From IMG/VR virus record IMGVR_UViG_3300025366_000006, positions 1 through 55,371 of that record: a stretch of 55,371 nucleotides of DNA; one strand, written 5' to 3'. Origin of the DNA: a virus. Lineage: Duplodnaviria; Caudoviricetes. Below are positions 27,556-37,031 of this stretch, in pieces (the stretch's first letter is position 1; every line of letters begins with the position of its first letter). The position numbers and the translations under genes are program-made. The notes beneath the pieces are model-generated. The model saw nothing but the letters and a program-made list of their open reading frames with translations. It ran no database searches and was not told the DNA's origin.

Positions 27556-27596
27556 AAAGCTGGTTGAGAACGCCATTCTCACCAGCTTTGTTTTTT
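27556..27596. terminator. Hairpin between HNH and amidinotransferase genes
   Basis: AAAGCTGGT-T-GAGAA-CGCCA-TTCTC-ACCAGCTTT followed by GTTTTTT. Confidence 0.5.
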
Positions 27597-27613
27597 ATAA
27601 CAGCAAGTTAGAA

Positions 27614-27642
27614 TTGACGCAACTCTTAAACAGCGTCATACT
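27614..27642 (+). promoter_or_regulatory. Sigma70-like promoter
   Basis: TTGACG-17-CATACT, 10 nt before ATG 27653. Confidence 0.65.
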
Positions 27643-27652
27643 TTTAACACTT

Positions 27653-28612
27653 ATGGCTAGGTTTTCTCCCCAAGACTTCAAAGGTGGTTCTATAATTCCC
27701 TCTGTGATACATGGAAAAGTAGACTCTTCTGTTTCTAAACTCTTAGGAAGTTCTGATTCTACTCCATATGGAGGCGGTCAGTATAAACGGAAACCTAGCT
27801 TTTTGATGTGTCCTCCTAAATACTTGTCGACGGCTATCCCAAACAACAAGTTTATGAAGGGACAGAAGATTGATACTGAAAGGGCCATGCGTCAGTACAC
27901 AAGAATCAAGAGACTAATTACTGCTCTTGGAGTTAAGGTAATTGAGCTTCCTCCTACACCTGGAGCACAGGATCAGCATTTTGTCGCCAACCTTGGATTG
28001 TCTGTAGATCCTTTTATCTTCATCGCCAAGATGAGTGCTGATGGAAGGCAGATTGAGGAGGAGCCAGGTCGTAGGTTCTTTGAGAAGATGGGATATACTG
28101 TTCTCCAACCTCCACATTCATGGGAGGGAGAAGCAGAGACAAAGCATTGGAAAGACAATATCTACTTTGGCGGTCACGGAAAATTCTCTGATTGGAAGGC
28201 ACAGGAATGGATCTCAAAGAAAGCTGGTGTAGAGATTATCCCCATGAAGATGGTGAGTGATGATTTGTATCATCTGGATTGTGTAATCCATGTCATTGAT
28301 AAAGATAACTTCTTGGTTTGCCGCTCTGGTATTGATTCAGAATCCTTCAAGCGGCTTGAGAAATTAGCCAATATAATTGTTGTTCCTAAAGAGATGGAAG
28401 CAACAGGAGCTACCAATTTGATAAGAATACCTGACAAAAACATCGTTATTTCTGGAATGTTCCAACCAGAGTTTGAAAACTATCGCAAGAGTATGGAGTG
28501 GATACTCACGACGATGGACAAGTTTAACAACTCTGTAATCTTTGCCGATATTGATGAAGCAGATAAGAATGGTGCAGATTGTTCATGCCAAGTGATGCAT
28601 ATCACTTTCTGA
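27653..28612 (+). CDS. Amidinotransferase / dimethylargininase (pentein) family enzyme
   Basis: FLMCPPKY, AMRQY, DQHFVAN, RQIE, WEGEAE, YHLDC and C-terminal GADCSC catalytic Cys motif. Confidence 0.85.
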   Translation: MARFSPQDFKGGSIIPSVIHGKVDSSVSKLLGSSDSTPYGGGQYKRKPSFLMCPPKYLSTAIPNNKFMKGQKIDTERAMRQYTRIKRLITALGVKVIELPPTPGAQDQHFVANLGLSVDPFIFIAKMSADGRQIEEEPGRRFFEKMGYTVLQPPHSWEGEAETKHWKDNIYFGGHGKFSDWKAQEWISKKAGVEIIPMKMVSDDLYHLDCVIHVIDKDNFLVCRSGIDSESFKRLEKLANIIVVPKEMEATGATNLIRIPDKNIVISGMFQPEFENYRKSMEWILTTMDKFNNSVIFADIDEADKNGADCSCQVMHITF

Positions 28613-28782
28613 TGAAAAGGTATTGGAGAATATTCGTTGGATTTATCTGTTGGTTGAATAGGTTATGCCCAGAATGTGGTAGAGAATTAAGTGCTTGCCA
28701 TGTACATCCTTGCCACATATGCAATGTAGCGGGCTGTATCAAACCCATAAGATTATGGCAACGATTTCTCAACAGCCTATGA
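28612..28782 (+). CDS. Small Cys-rich (zinc-finger-like) protein
   Basis: CPECG..CHIC; start coupled to the previous stop. Confidence 0.5.
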   Translation: MKRYWRIFVGFICWLNRLCPECGRELSACHVHPCHICNVAGCIKPIRLWQRFLNSL

Positions 28783-28901
28783 ACAAAATAGCAACCACAA
28801 CATCAGCAAAACCATATGCGAATCTACGACCTGCTAGAGTTAGTTATGGGTCTATTCAAAAACCCAGAGCAAAAACAAAACGAAAGCCTAGAGCTAAATG
28901 A
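28779..28901 (+). CDS. Small basic protein
   Basis: MNKIATTTS..KPRAKTKRKPRAK; ATGA-coupled. Confidence 0.45.
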   Translation: MNKIATTTSAKPYANLRPARVSYGSIQKPRAKTKRKPRAK

Positions 28902-28902
28902 T

Positions 28903-29220
28903 ATGACTCCAGAACAAGATGCTTTTGATATTTGGTCTAAAGCAACTTCTGCTGGATTTGATAAATATATCAAGGGAAGTGAAGAGCATAAGACTCAATT
29001 CTGGACTGCTGGTGCAGGGTGGTATGCACAGAATCTTAAAGATGAACAGCTTGATCTAATCAGCTATCTCCATCATTTGACCGAGCGAGTAAAGCTATGT
29101 CATCTTCTTGCAAAAATGATGAGAGATGAAGAAGTCTCTTTACGAGATGCTTCAACTCTATTAGAGAACTTGGTTTCGGATCGACCTCCTCAAAGTCTCC
29201 CAAACCAATCCAATGACTAA
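28903..29220 (+). CDS. MazG-like / all-alpha NTP pyrophosphatase-like protein
   Basis: GFDKY..W...LKDEQLDLISYL resembles the EExxD..Y helix of this fold. Confidence 0.5.
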   Translation: MTPEQDAFDIWSKATSAGFDKYIKGSEEHKTQFWTAGAGWYAQNLKDEQLDLISYLHHLTERVKLCHLLAKMMRDEEVSLRDASTLLENLVSDRPPQSLPNQSND

Positions 29221-30016
29221 TAAACCTATTGTCGGAGCAATTGTTGTTTCCGATTTGCATTGCGGATCATCAGTTGGTTTGTGGCCCGATGGATTTGAAA
29301 CAAAGACAGGAAACAAAATTGGGTTAGGAAAAAATCTCCATCAGCAATGGCTTTGGCAATGTTGGCAAGATGCAGTTGAGAAAGGCATAAAACATTTTGG
29401 AAAAGATCCATTTGCTCTGTTCCTCAATGGTGATTTGATAGAGGGCATTCATCATGGAACAAAAGAAGTTGTTGCACAAGACTGCCTAGATCATTCAAAT
29501 GCCGCTATAGAGGCTATTAAGCCCCTTTCTAGTGCCTCTGCTGTAACTTACTTAACGGCTGGCACAGAGTGCCATGTTAAGAATTGGGAAGAATATATTG
29601 CTACCAAGATTAACGGAAAATGGTGTGGCGACAAAGCCCTCATTGAAATCAATGGTACGCTTATAGATATGGCTCACCATATGCCTACCAGTTCTAGAGC
29701 ATATCTTGAAGCTGGAGCAATGAGCATTACTATGGGCAATGCCCGACAGAATTACTCCCGTGTTGGTCATAGGGTTCCACGGATTTATCTACGAGGCCAT
29801 CGACACACGGGAGGAATCTTTAATGATGGTGCTGGCATATTTATGGTTACTCCTGCTTGGCAGTTGCTAACCAGATATGCACATAAAGTTGTAGGAGATG
29901 CCATTTGTCGCCCTGGCATCGGCATCCTCGATTGGCGTGGATGTGAAGAAGGCGAACTACCAGCAACCAAACTAATCCAGTATGAGCCAAAAGAAACTCG
30001 ACCCATCCGAAGCTGA
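29213..30016 (+). CDS. Calcineurin-like metallophosphoesterase
   Basis: VSDLHCG, NGDLIEG, GTECH, AHH, RGHRH. Confidence 0.85.
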   Translation: MTNKPIVGAIVVSDLHCGSSVGLWPDGFETKTGNKIGLGKNLHQQWLWQCWQDAVEKGIKHFGKDPFALFLNGDLIEGIHHGTKEVVAQDCLDHSNAAIEAIKPLSSASAVTYLTAGTECHVKNWEEYIATKINGKWCGDKALIEINGTLIDMAHHMPTSSRAYLEAGAMSITMGNARQNYSRVGHRVPRIYLRGHRHTGGIFNDGAGIFMVTPAWQLLTRYAHKVVGDAICRPGIGILDWRGCEEGELPATKLIQYEPKETRPIRS

Positions 30017-30254
30017 TCTTATTGCTTCTGTAGATGAAGCAATGCGTTGGAAAAACGCACTTATAGATAATCAAATGGAAATCCCAGAAGGATGGAAAAC
30101 TAGGGAAGATATAGAAAAGATGCTTGAGCTTGGTAAAAGCCAAACACTTTCTTGGTTAAGAAAGGCAATTGCCAACAACATTTGTGAGAAACAAGATTTC
30201 ATAATTTATGAAAATGGCAGAAGGATAGAAAAACCTCATTACTTCTTACTGTGA
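29982..30254 (+). CDS. Putative winged-helix DNA-binding protein
   Basis: PEGWKTREDIEKMLELGKSQTLSWLRK HTH-like segment then a beta hairpin. Confidence 0.5.
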   Translation: MSQKKLDPSEADLIASVDEAMRWKNALIDNQMEIPEGWKTREDIEKMLELGKSQTLSWLRKAIANNICEKQDFIIYENGRRIEKPHYFLL

Positions 30255-30622
30255 AGATCAACGAGTTTTATCTTGAGGCTAAAGTCTGGAGATCGGGCTG
30301 TTGGATTGTTTGGCCTGTAAATAGAGAACAGGCAGAGAAATGGCTTGAGACAAAATTTCCTACAGGATCTACAAAACTTGTTGAGCCATTAGATACAGCA
30401 GATGGTTGTACAGTATGCTCATGCCCTCCGATTATATTTCTTTCCAAATGGAGTCTAACACCAGAGTGGATCGCAAACCTAACTCACGAATGTGTCCATG
30501 TGGCTACCCATATCCTAGAAAGATGTGGTGTAAAAGAAAAAGAATCCTGTGACGAGGCGTTGGCTTACCTCATCGGGTATCTAGTTGAAGGCTTTTTAAT
30601 AGCCCTCAAAAAGAAGCGTTAA
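30251..30622 (+). CDS. Zincin-like metallopeptidase
   Basis: THECVH (HExxH) and EALAYL. Confidence 0.65.
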   Translation: MKINEFYLEAKVWRSGCWIVWPVNREQAEKWLETKFPTGSTKLVEPLDTADGCTVCSCPPIIFLSKWSLTPEWIANLTHECVHVATHILERCGVKEKESCDEALAYLIGYLVEGFLIALKKKR

Positions 30623-30819
30623 GCAAATTGCAACAGGCTACCTTGATTATGGGCAATAAGCTGAAGGATAGCTTTCCCTTCATTAGTGGCAATGTGACCC
30701 GTTCCCTGGCATTTCCAGCATGGTTCACCCATGCCGTCATCATACCAATCACGGCCCGTTCCACCGCACTCATTGCACTCTTTCTCAAGAGTAGTAGTTG
30801 TATTGAATAGGTTATTCAT
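30619..30819 (-). CDS. Anti-TRAP (RtpA)-like zinc-finger protein
   Basis: LEKECNECGGTG..GEPCWKCQGTGHIATNEGKAILQLI: two CxxCxGxG motifs plus a TxxGxxLL-type helix. Confidence 0.65.
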   Translation of the reverse strand: MNNLFNTTTTLEKECNECGGTGRDWYDDGMGEPCWKCQGTGHIATNEGKAILQLIAHNQGSLLQFA

Positions 30820-30874
30820 ACATCACCCCTTCTAGCGATTTTTTTCAGCCAGTCAACACTTTTTTGTAAAATAA

Positions 30875-31096
30875 ATGAATCAACAAGAAATTCTAAAAGA
30901 AGCCTTGCACAAAGCATGGCAGGGAGAAGAGTATGGAGTCTTGGTTGGTAAACTAGATCAAGAACACCAGAAACGCCTTAAATCCCAGATCCTTGATATG
31001 CCAGAGGAGATAGCAATCAAAACGATTTACGGGCGTGTAGCATGGCGGGAAAGGGTCAATGTCCCAAGGGACAGGGGCCGTCCTCGCAAACATTAA
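30875..31096 (+). CDS. Small protein with C-terminal AT-hook
   Basis: Ends RGRPRKH. Confidence 0.55.
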   Translation: MNQQEILKEALHKAWQGEEYGVLVGKLDQEHQKRLKSQILDMPEEIAIKTIYGRVAWRERVNVPRDRGRPRKH

Positions 31097-31170
31097 TACG
31101 GGATGGTGTAAAGGTAGCACAGGAGACTTTGACTCTCCTAGTCATGGTTCGATCCCATGTCCCGTAGCCA
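31097..31170 (+). tRNA. tRNA-Gln (TTG)
   Basis: Acceptor TACGGGA/TCCCGTA, anticodon arm GGAGA-CTTTGAC-TCTCC, T arm CATGG-TTCGATC-CCATG, G discriminator and encoded CCA. Confidence 0.95.
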
Positions 31171-31590
31171 ATCAAAGGCTTTATAAAAGGACGCTTTTTC
31201 AATAACTTATCCTTCTGAAAAGGACAGATGTAGCAGTTTACAGACATATCTTCGTTCTACTACACTCGTCTTGTTTATCGTGCAGTCTGGAAGTGTAGCA
31301 TAGTTTGATTAGCGGATGCTGGGATAATCCCCCATGAGGTTAATCCAACTACTAATTGTAAACGTTTTAGTAGTTCTTTATAAATAAGAACCCCTCTGGT
31401 GCGCTTGCTCACAGGCAGAGGCGTGAGGGGTATAATTATGTAAATTTACCCGTTCTGATGCGTCCATCAGTTATGGCCTACGGGATTGCCTTGCCTTGAC
31501 CTTCACGCAACCTTTCAATCACGGAGAGGGAGTGGGGCAAATAATGACCAATTTGTTTGAGCATCTTTGAGAGGCTTAATTGGTTCTATT
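31171..31590 (+). ncRNA. Candidate multi-hairpin ncRNA downstream of tRNA
   Basis: About 420 nt without a credible ORF and with consecutive stems; G.U pairs favour the plus strand. Confidence 0.5.
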
Positions 31591-31599
31591 AAGAAAATC

Positions 31600-31962
31600 T
31601 TACTTGAGGAACGTCAGCTTGTAAATAGTAGAATCAATCAATGCCGCAACATTATCCACCAAGTTTTGAATCTCACTCTCCTCTCCCAACACATAACGAT
31701 CCTCCTCAACAAGTATCTTCAAGAACATCAAATACTCCAAAGAATCCTTATGCTCACTCACCTCAACCATCTGATCTGGATACTGCACCAACTCCTGATG
31801 CCTTCCCTGCCATGCCTCAATCACACTATCAACCAAGTCTGGCAACTCTTTATAGAAAGTATTCAATGCCTTATGCTCTGCATAAATCCTACTCTGCAAA
31901 TGCAACACATGACCAATCGTAGCCGCATTCAACAATGTAATCAAAAATTCTCCTTCACTCAT
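31600..31962 (-). CDS. Ferritin/Dps-like protein (DUF5856-like)
   Basis: HVLHLQS..AEHKALNTFY..LVDSVIEAWQG..TIYKLTFLK. Confidence 0.8.
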   Translation of the reverse strand: MSEGEFLITLLNAATIGHVLHLQSRIYAEHKALNTFYKELPDLVDSVIEAWQGRHQELVQYPDQMVEVSEHKDSLEYLMFLKILVEEDRYVLGEESEIQNLVDNVAALIDSTIYKLTFLK

Positions 31963-32171
31963 AGTCCCTTAATCATATCCCTATCCCAATCAGAAAGTCT
32001 AGGATCATCTATATGTTCTTTCAAAATATCTCCCAACCTCTTCCTCTCCATCTTCAACCCTCCATACCCACCAGGCTCCTTACTCACCCCCTCCCCCAAC
32101 TCATGCACAAGCGACCTCAACAACATAATACTCGGCCTAGTAAAGTCACTCTCTGGGTATCTCATCGTCAT
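31959..32171 (-). CDS. Hypothetical protein
   Basis: 70 aa, overlaps the start of the Dps-like gene. Confidence 0.5.
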   Translation of the reverse strand: MTMRYPESDFTRPSIMLLRSLVHELGEGVSKEPGGYGGLKMERKRLGDILKEHIDDPRLSDWDRDMIKGL

Positions 32172-32388
32172 TAATACATTCCTATCCCATCAACCATCAT
32201 ACAGTCAAGGCTAAAATGATCTTTTAATAGGGAAAGTTCCCATACTGGATTTTTTTTGGTTGGCCCATGTCGCATATACGCATCGCCATAAAATGTGATG
32301 GTGGGAGGGTGGCCACCCGTAAGAGATTCCTTGTGGGAGATCCTACCATGAAGGGACTAGCCTTTCCCTGGAGCTTGGCAAGGCTGGC

Positions 32389-32940
32389 TTACTCGACCAG
32401 CTCGGCATCTATGCTGATCGTCGATGGTGCTGGTGCTGGCAACGCTACTCGCTCGACCTGCTGTAAGGCATCGACTTGCTCCTTGAAAGCCGTCACAAGG
32501 AACAAGAAAGGATTACTCGCTTGCGGTTGCCTATCCGAGAACCGATCACCTGACATGGCATTATCCTCTCGTAAAGCGTCCAACTTATTAACCAACTTAA
32601 CTACACGCTTAACATTCCCCATCTGATCGACTTCCTCTCTCACTTCCTGCACTAAATCAGGATCAGCTTTGCTCGCATCAGCTCGGACGGCTCGCGCCAG
32701 GAAAGCCCGCTTTTCAGCGAATGAGAGAGCATCTTCTTTGAACTGCTTCTCCTTTAACTTGGCAAGATAGGCTTTAACCCTGTCCTGTCTCAGAAGTTTG
32801 CATCCATAAGAGCTTGCATCTTCTATTTTACCCGAAGCGATGCTGTATCCTGCTCTTCTAACAGATTCGGCGATGGATAAACCTTTTAGTGCGTAGAACT
32901 CAACGAACTTGCGTTGTCTGGTATTTAATGGCTTGCTCAT
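32389..32940 (-). CDS. terS: Terminase small subunit
   Basis: LNTRQRKFVEFY..AESVRRAGYS..GCKLLRQDRVKAYL HTH signature; likely start MSKPL at 32940. Confidence 0.8.
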   Translation of the reverse strand: MSKPLNTRQRKFVEFYALKGLSIAESVRRAGYSIASGKIEDASSYGCKLLRQDRVKAYLAKLKEKQFKEDALSFAEKRAFLARAVRADASKADPDLVQEVREEVDQMGNVKRVVKLVNKLDALREDNAMSGDRFSDRQPQASNPFLFLVTAFKEQVDALQQVERVALPAPAPSTISIDAELVE

Positions 32941-33223
32941 GGGAAGATGGTTTTTACCTAGGGAGATCCACCTTGTCAACTGGTCGGATAAATTACTGGA
33001 TGGCCTAGGGAAAGAAGTAGAGGGATCGAGATCCTTGTCGGATAAGTAATTTTAAGCAGGTGAAGGGTGATTCTGTCAATTCTATTCTGATCATTCTTGG
33101 ATGTTTTCTTTCTCTTGCTATGTCTTGCAAGTGATAGAAGATTGATGATGTCTTGCAGTCTGTTACGCTCGGAGGTGCATGGATACTGGATGAAAGAATC
33201 TTTCACTTTCTTGTAAAAAGATG

Positions 33224-33252
33224 TTGCAAAGGTTGAAAGAATTGCATAGAGT
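33224..33252 (+). promoter_or_regulatory. Early-region sigma70-like promoter
   Basis: TTGCAA-17-TAGAGT at the strand switch, upstream of the first plus-strand early ORF. Confidence 0.55.
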
Positions 33253-33302
33253 CTCCCTTGTCATAACGACACCAACCAACCAACACCAACACCACGCACG
33301 CC

Positions 33303-35930
33303 ATGAACAACACCGAAAAAGCAGAACTCTTAGCCCGTGAATACTTCAAAATGACGGAAAGACATCTCCGAGTATGGAAGGGAAATCCTGCGACCTTTAT
33401 GGGAGTCGGACAATGGGCGAAGCATATTAAGAACTGTTCCCCACAACTCACCAAAAAAATCGCTGGCAACTTCTGGACAATTAAAGCCCACGAGTTACTT
33501 GCAAAATCCATGTAAACCCCAACCCAACCCAAAAAAGGAGCACACAGAATGAAAACATATACCGCACACAACTACGAATATCAGCCCGAGACTTGCGAAG
33601 CATTCGCAAAGGTTCCAGAGCGCACAAATGCACACAAGACACATTCTTTGGGAATGAATGGCACAGAGCCGTTGATCGTCATATTGGATTCTCTCATTCG
33701 CTACGCCAAAGCACATGAAGCAATCATGGGAAGCAAACTCTCCGAAGATTACTTCCTTGGCCCTTGTTTCCTTTCTACACTCACCAATACAAGAGAACTG
33801 CTTAATGGCAACGGAGCCGTTGCTAATGAGATTAGCGCAAAGACTGGAAAACCTTGTAGTGATTCCAAAGATAACGGAGCTTGTGAAGCTATGTTCTGGG
33901 ATGCAATGAGCATTGCAGGATTTACAGAAGAAGACATTTAATCAAAAAGGAGAAAAAAATATGAGCACATATAAAATCATCAGAGGATTCTTTGACGGAG
34001 ATCGTGAAGTGATTGCCACGGGGCTGACGCTTGCAGAAGCAAAAGAGCATTGCCAAAATCCCGAGACATCTTCTCGCACTTGTTCAGATGAAACGGCCCA
34101 AGAGGTAGGAATCGGGCGTGTATGGTTCGACGGATTTGAGGAGCAATAACTATGGAAAACTTCACCTCACCATCACCAGCCCTTGTCGAGTATCGCCAAG
34201 AGAAGCACGAACGCCAGGTCACGCAGTTTCTTGGCCTTTGCCTAGTGCTTGCTTTCCTTGTCCTAATCTTAACAGCCTTAATCTTCAACTCATAAAAATA
34301 TGACCCTAAAAACAGCACAGAAAGCCGCCAGCATCTACAATAGAGTGACCAACCCTCGCTTGCTCTTGAGCGATCATCAGCACCGATGCAGGAACAAGGT
34401 AGCCCAAAAAATGCGGCACTTCCTAGCCTATCACCCTTGCCAGGTAATCGAATGGAGCAACGGAACACTTCACCCCATGCCAAACTGCTGAAACTATGAA
34501 CAACCAAAACAACCACAACAACCATTTAAACAACATGGACACGCTCTGCAAAAATTGCGGATATGAAAAGAAATTCCACATTATCCCAAAAGATAATTGC
34601 CCAGGAGATGACACCCACACCTACCATGAAGACTCATTTTTTGAACCCATGGAGCCGCAGGAAACGCTAGACGACATCATCACAAGGATTCTCTGCCAAC
34701 TCGACACGATCAACGGACAGATTGAAAAAATAAACTCACAACTGAAAACCATACAATAAAGGAGAAATAAATGAATATATATAACATCACATTAGAAGCC
34801 GCCTTTTTAGGCTATTACATAACCGAAAGACAAGCCCAAGAGATTGCCGCACTCTTCACGGGTAACAATCTCCCCGACTTCTTACGGAACTACCTTGCCG
34901 CTTACGAATCTTAACCGCCAACGCCGAACCATGAAAAGAAAACCACGCCCCCAGGATCAGTTCCAACTCATTTCCGAGACAGATATGCCCTTCAACCTAG
35001 CAGGGGAAAAGCTACCAGCAGAACCGCCGCCGCCGACCAATAACACAGGCTTCTCTTGGCTCCAAGATGCCCTAATGAAACCAACACCAACACCTAAAAA
35101 ACCTTAACCATTAACACCGCCGCCGCCGACTTGATTACTGATACGCACCGACTCATTACCAGCATAGAACCGCTCTTCTATACTCTGATAAAAGGCTCGG
35201 AACGCTTCAACAATCCAACCATAGAGATCAGCACCGCCAGGGCCAGAGAAATCGCCGCCGAACTACTTGTGATAAAAAAGAAGCTGAAATCTCTTGCAAA
35301 CGATACCGCCGCCGCTCAATCTAAAACACACACCCGACTAGATTCCATATTCAACATTAACCAATAACAACGCCGACGACATGGAAAACGATGATTTAGA
35401 ACACATAGCAGACCTTTGTCTGAATTACAGACCAGGAAATGAAACAAACCGCCGCCTTGACTCAATCGCCGATCAGATCCGTATCCTAGAACTAGAGGTT
35501 AAAATCCTTAATGCCAATCTTGACTTGCAGGAATTGAAACGCAAAGAAAACAGCCAGCAAACAGCAACCAATAACTAAACCAATGCAACACGACTATACC
35601 TGTAAAAACGAAGAATGCGAATGCGAGTTTGAGGTTGACTACACACCGCCGACTCCAGACAGAAACATGAACGGAAGGATGGAAGATGCTATCCAGGGTG
35701 ATCCCGCCGAAGTAGAACCCTACGAATGTCCCGAATGTGGAACGGAAGTGGATATTGAATACTGCATTGAATACTTTTCATGAAACCTATCTCTCTCCAC
35801 CGATACCTAGCTCACGACTCTATAGGCCACAAGGAAATGCTATGCTGGTATAGCTTCCTAAAGCACCTAGACAAGCAGGGCCATCTATTATCCGTACCGA
35901 AACTCAAGCACAAACTTTTTAGAAAATAAC
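33303..35930 (+). other. Cluster of small early hypothetical ORFs (33303-33515, 33549-33941, 33961-34149, 34152-34295, 34300-34491, 34496-34759, 35131-35367, 35381-35578, 35583-35783 and others)
   Basis: Tandem short ORFs, mostly with A/C-rich leaders. 34152-34295 has a TM helix; 35583-35783 has a CxxxxC/CPECG zinc ribbon. Confidence 0.6.
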
Positions 35931-35981
35931 CTTGTATCCGCTTTCAGCAGATGCAATCATCACTTCCCAACTTTAACAACC

Positions 35982-36167
35982 ATGACAACACCAACCGAAC
36001 CAACCACAACAGACATCGCCGCCGCCGAGAAAACCCATGCTTTCCTTGGACTCTACTTCCCACTTGAACTAAAGCAGAAAGTGAAAGAAGCCGCTTCTAT
36101 GGAACGCCGATCCATGTCACAATACATGGTAATGATCGTCGAACGCCACTTTGCCGCCGCCGCATAA
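35982..36167 (+). CDS. Arc/CopG-like ribbon-helix-helix regulator
   Basis: FLGLYFPLELKQKVKEAASMERRSMSQYMVMIVE. Confidence 0.75.
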   Translation: MTTPTEPTTTDIAAAEKTHAFLGLYFPLELKQKVKEAASMERRSMSQYMVMIVERHFAAAA

Positions 36168-36313
36168 TGAAACAAGGACTATACGCCAATATCGCAAAGA
36201 AGAGAGCTAGAATCGCCGCTGGCTCTGGAGAACACATGAGAAAGCCAGGTAGCAAGGGAGCACCTACCGCCGCCGCTTTCCGTAAATCAGCCAAAACCGC
36301 AAAGAAAAAATAA
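36167..36313 (+). CDS. 48-aa basic phage protein (not in ORF track)
   Basis: MKQGLYANIAKKRARIAAGSGEHMRKPGSKGAPTAAAFRKSAKTAKKK; resembles a small basic family I recall from aquatic phages. Confidence 0.75.
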   Translation: MKQGLYANIAKKRARIAAGSGEHMRKPGSKGAPTAAAFRKSAKTAKKK

Positions 36314-36314
36314 T

Positions 36315-36575
36315 ATGTCTGAAGCATGGACACGGAAGGAGGGTAAAAACCCCAAGGGAGGACTCAACGCCAAGGGAAGAGCATCCTATAACAAGGCAAC
36401 TGGAGGTCATCTAAAGCCGCCAGCACCTCACCCTAAAACCGAAAAGGATGCCGCCAGAAAGAAGTCATTCTGTTCCAGGATGAAAGGGATGCGTTCAAAG
36501 CTAACCAGTTCCAAAACCGCTAAAGATCCAAATTCTCGCATCAACAAGTCATTAAGGGCTTGGGGATGCAAGTAA
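36315..36575 (+). CDS. Basic phage protein (DUF6321-like)
   Basis: AWTRKEGKNPKGGLNAKGRAS..RKKSFCSRM..DPNSRINKSLRAWGC. Confidence 0.75.
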   Translation: MSEAWTRKEGKNPKGGLNAKGRASYNKATGGHLKPPAPHPKTEKDAARKKSFCSRMKGMRSKLTSSKTAKDPNSRINKSLRAWGCK

Positions 36576-36756
36576 CAAAACAACAACCAACAAACACCAT
36601 GTCAACGAACCTAGTCACATTGAACCAAACAGCCCAAGAGATCGCTTCCGCACTCGGAACCATTGACCTTGAGCTTCTTCAGCAAGTACACGCACTCGTC
36701 ACGGGAGGCAACAAGCAGGATGCCGCCGCCGCCGAGACTGAAACATCCGCTTCCTA

Positions 36757-36957
36757 ATGCTCGACGCAATCAAAAATCTGATCCGCACAAAGTTGCAGAC
36801 CAAGCCACAAAAAAATCACACCCTAATTGAAACAACGCAAATGAAAAAGACCACCGCAAAGAAAGTCATGGCAGAGGCCAAAGGCAAGCCCATGAAGGGC
36901 AAGAAGATGGAAACCAAGAAATCCATGCCTAAAAAGGGCATGAAGAAAGGATACTAA
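36757..36957 (+). CDS. Lys/Met-rich small basic protein
   Basis: KGKPMKGKKMETKKSMPKKGMKKGY. Confidence 0.55.
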   Translation: MLDAIKNLIRTKLQTKPQKNHTLIETTQMKKTTAKKVMAEAKGKPMKGKKMETKKSMPKKGMKKGY

Positions 36958-37031
36958 AACAAATGTGGCGTAGGAGCCATGAACAAACTCCTACGCCACT
37001 TTTTAGTTCAGCAACCACGCTAGGAACCAAC

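Noticed and set aside
27614-27652. TTG start and N-terminal extension of the amidinotransferase in the ORF track
   Set aside because: That TTG is the -35 box of a TTGACG-17-CATACT promoter; ATG 27653 is more plausible.
31567-32214. 215-aa plus-strand ORF
   Set aside because: It is antisense to the Dps-like gene and an artefact of skewed composition.
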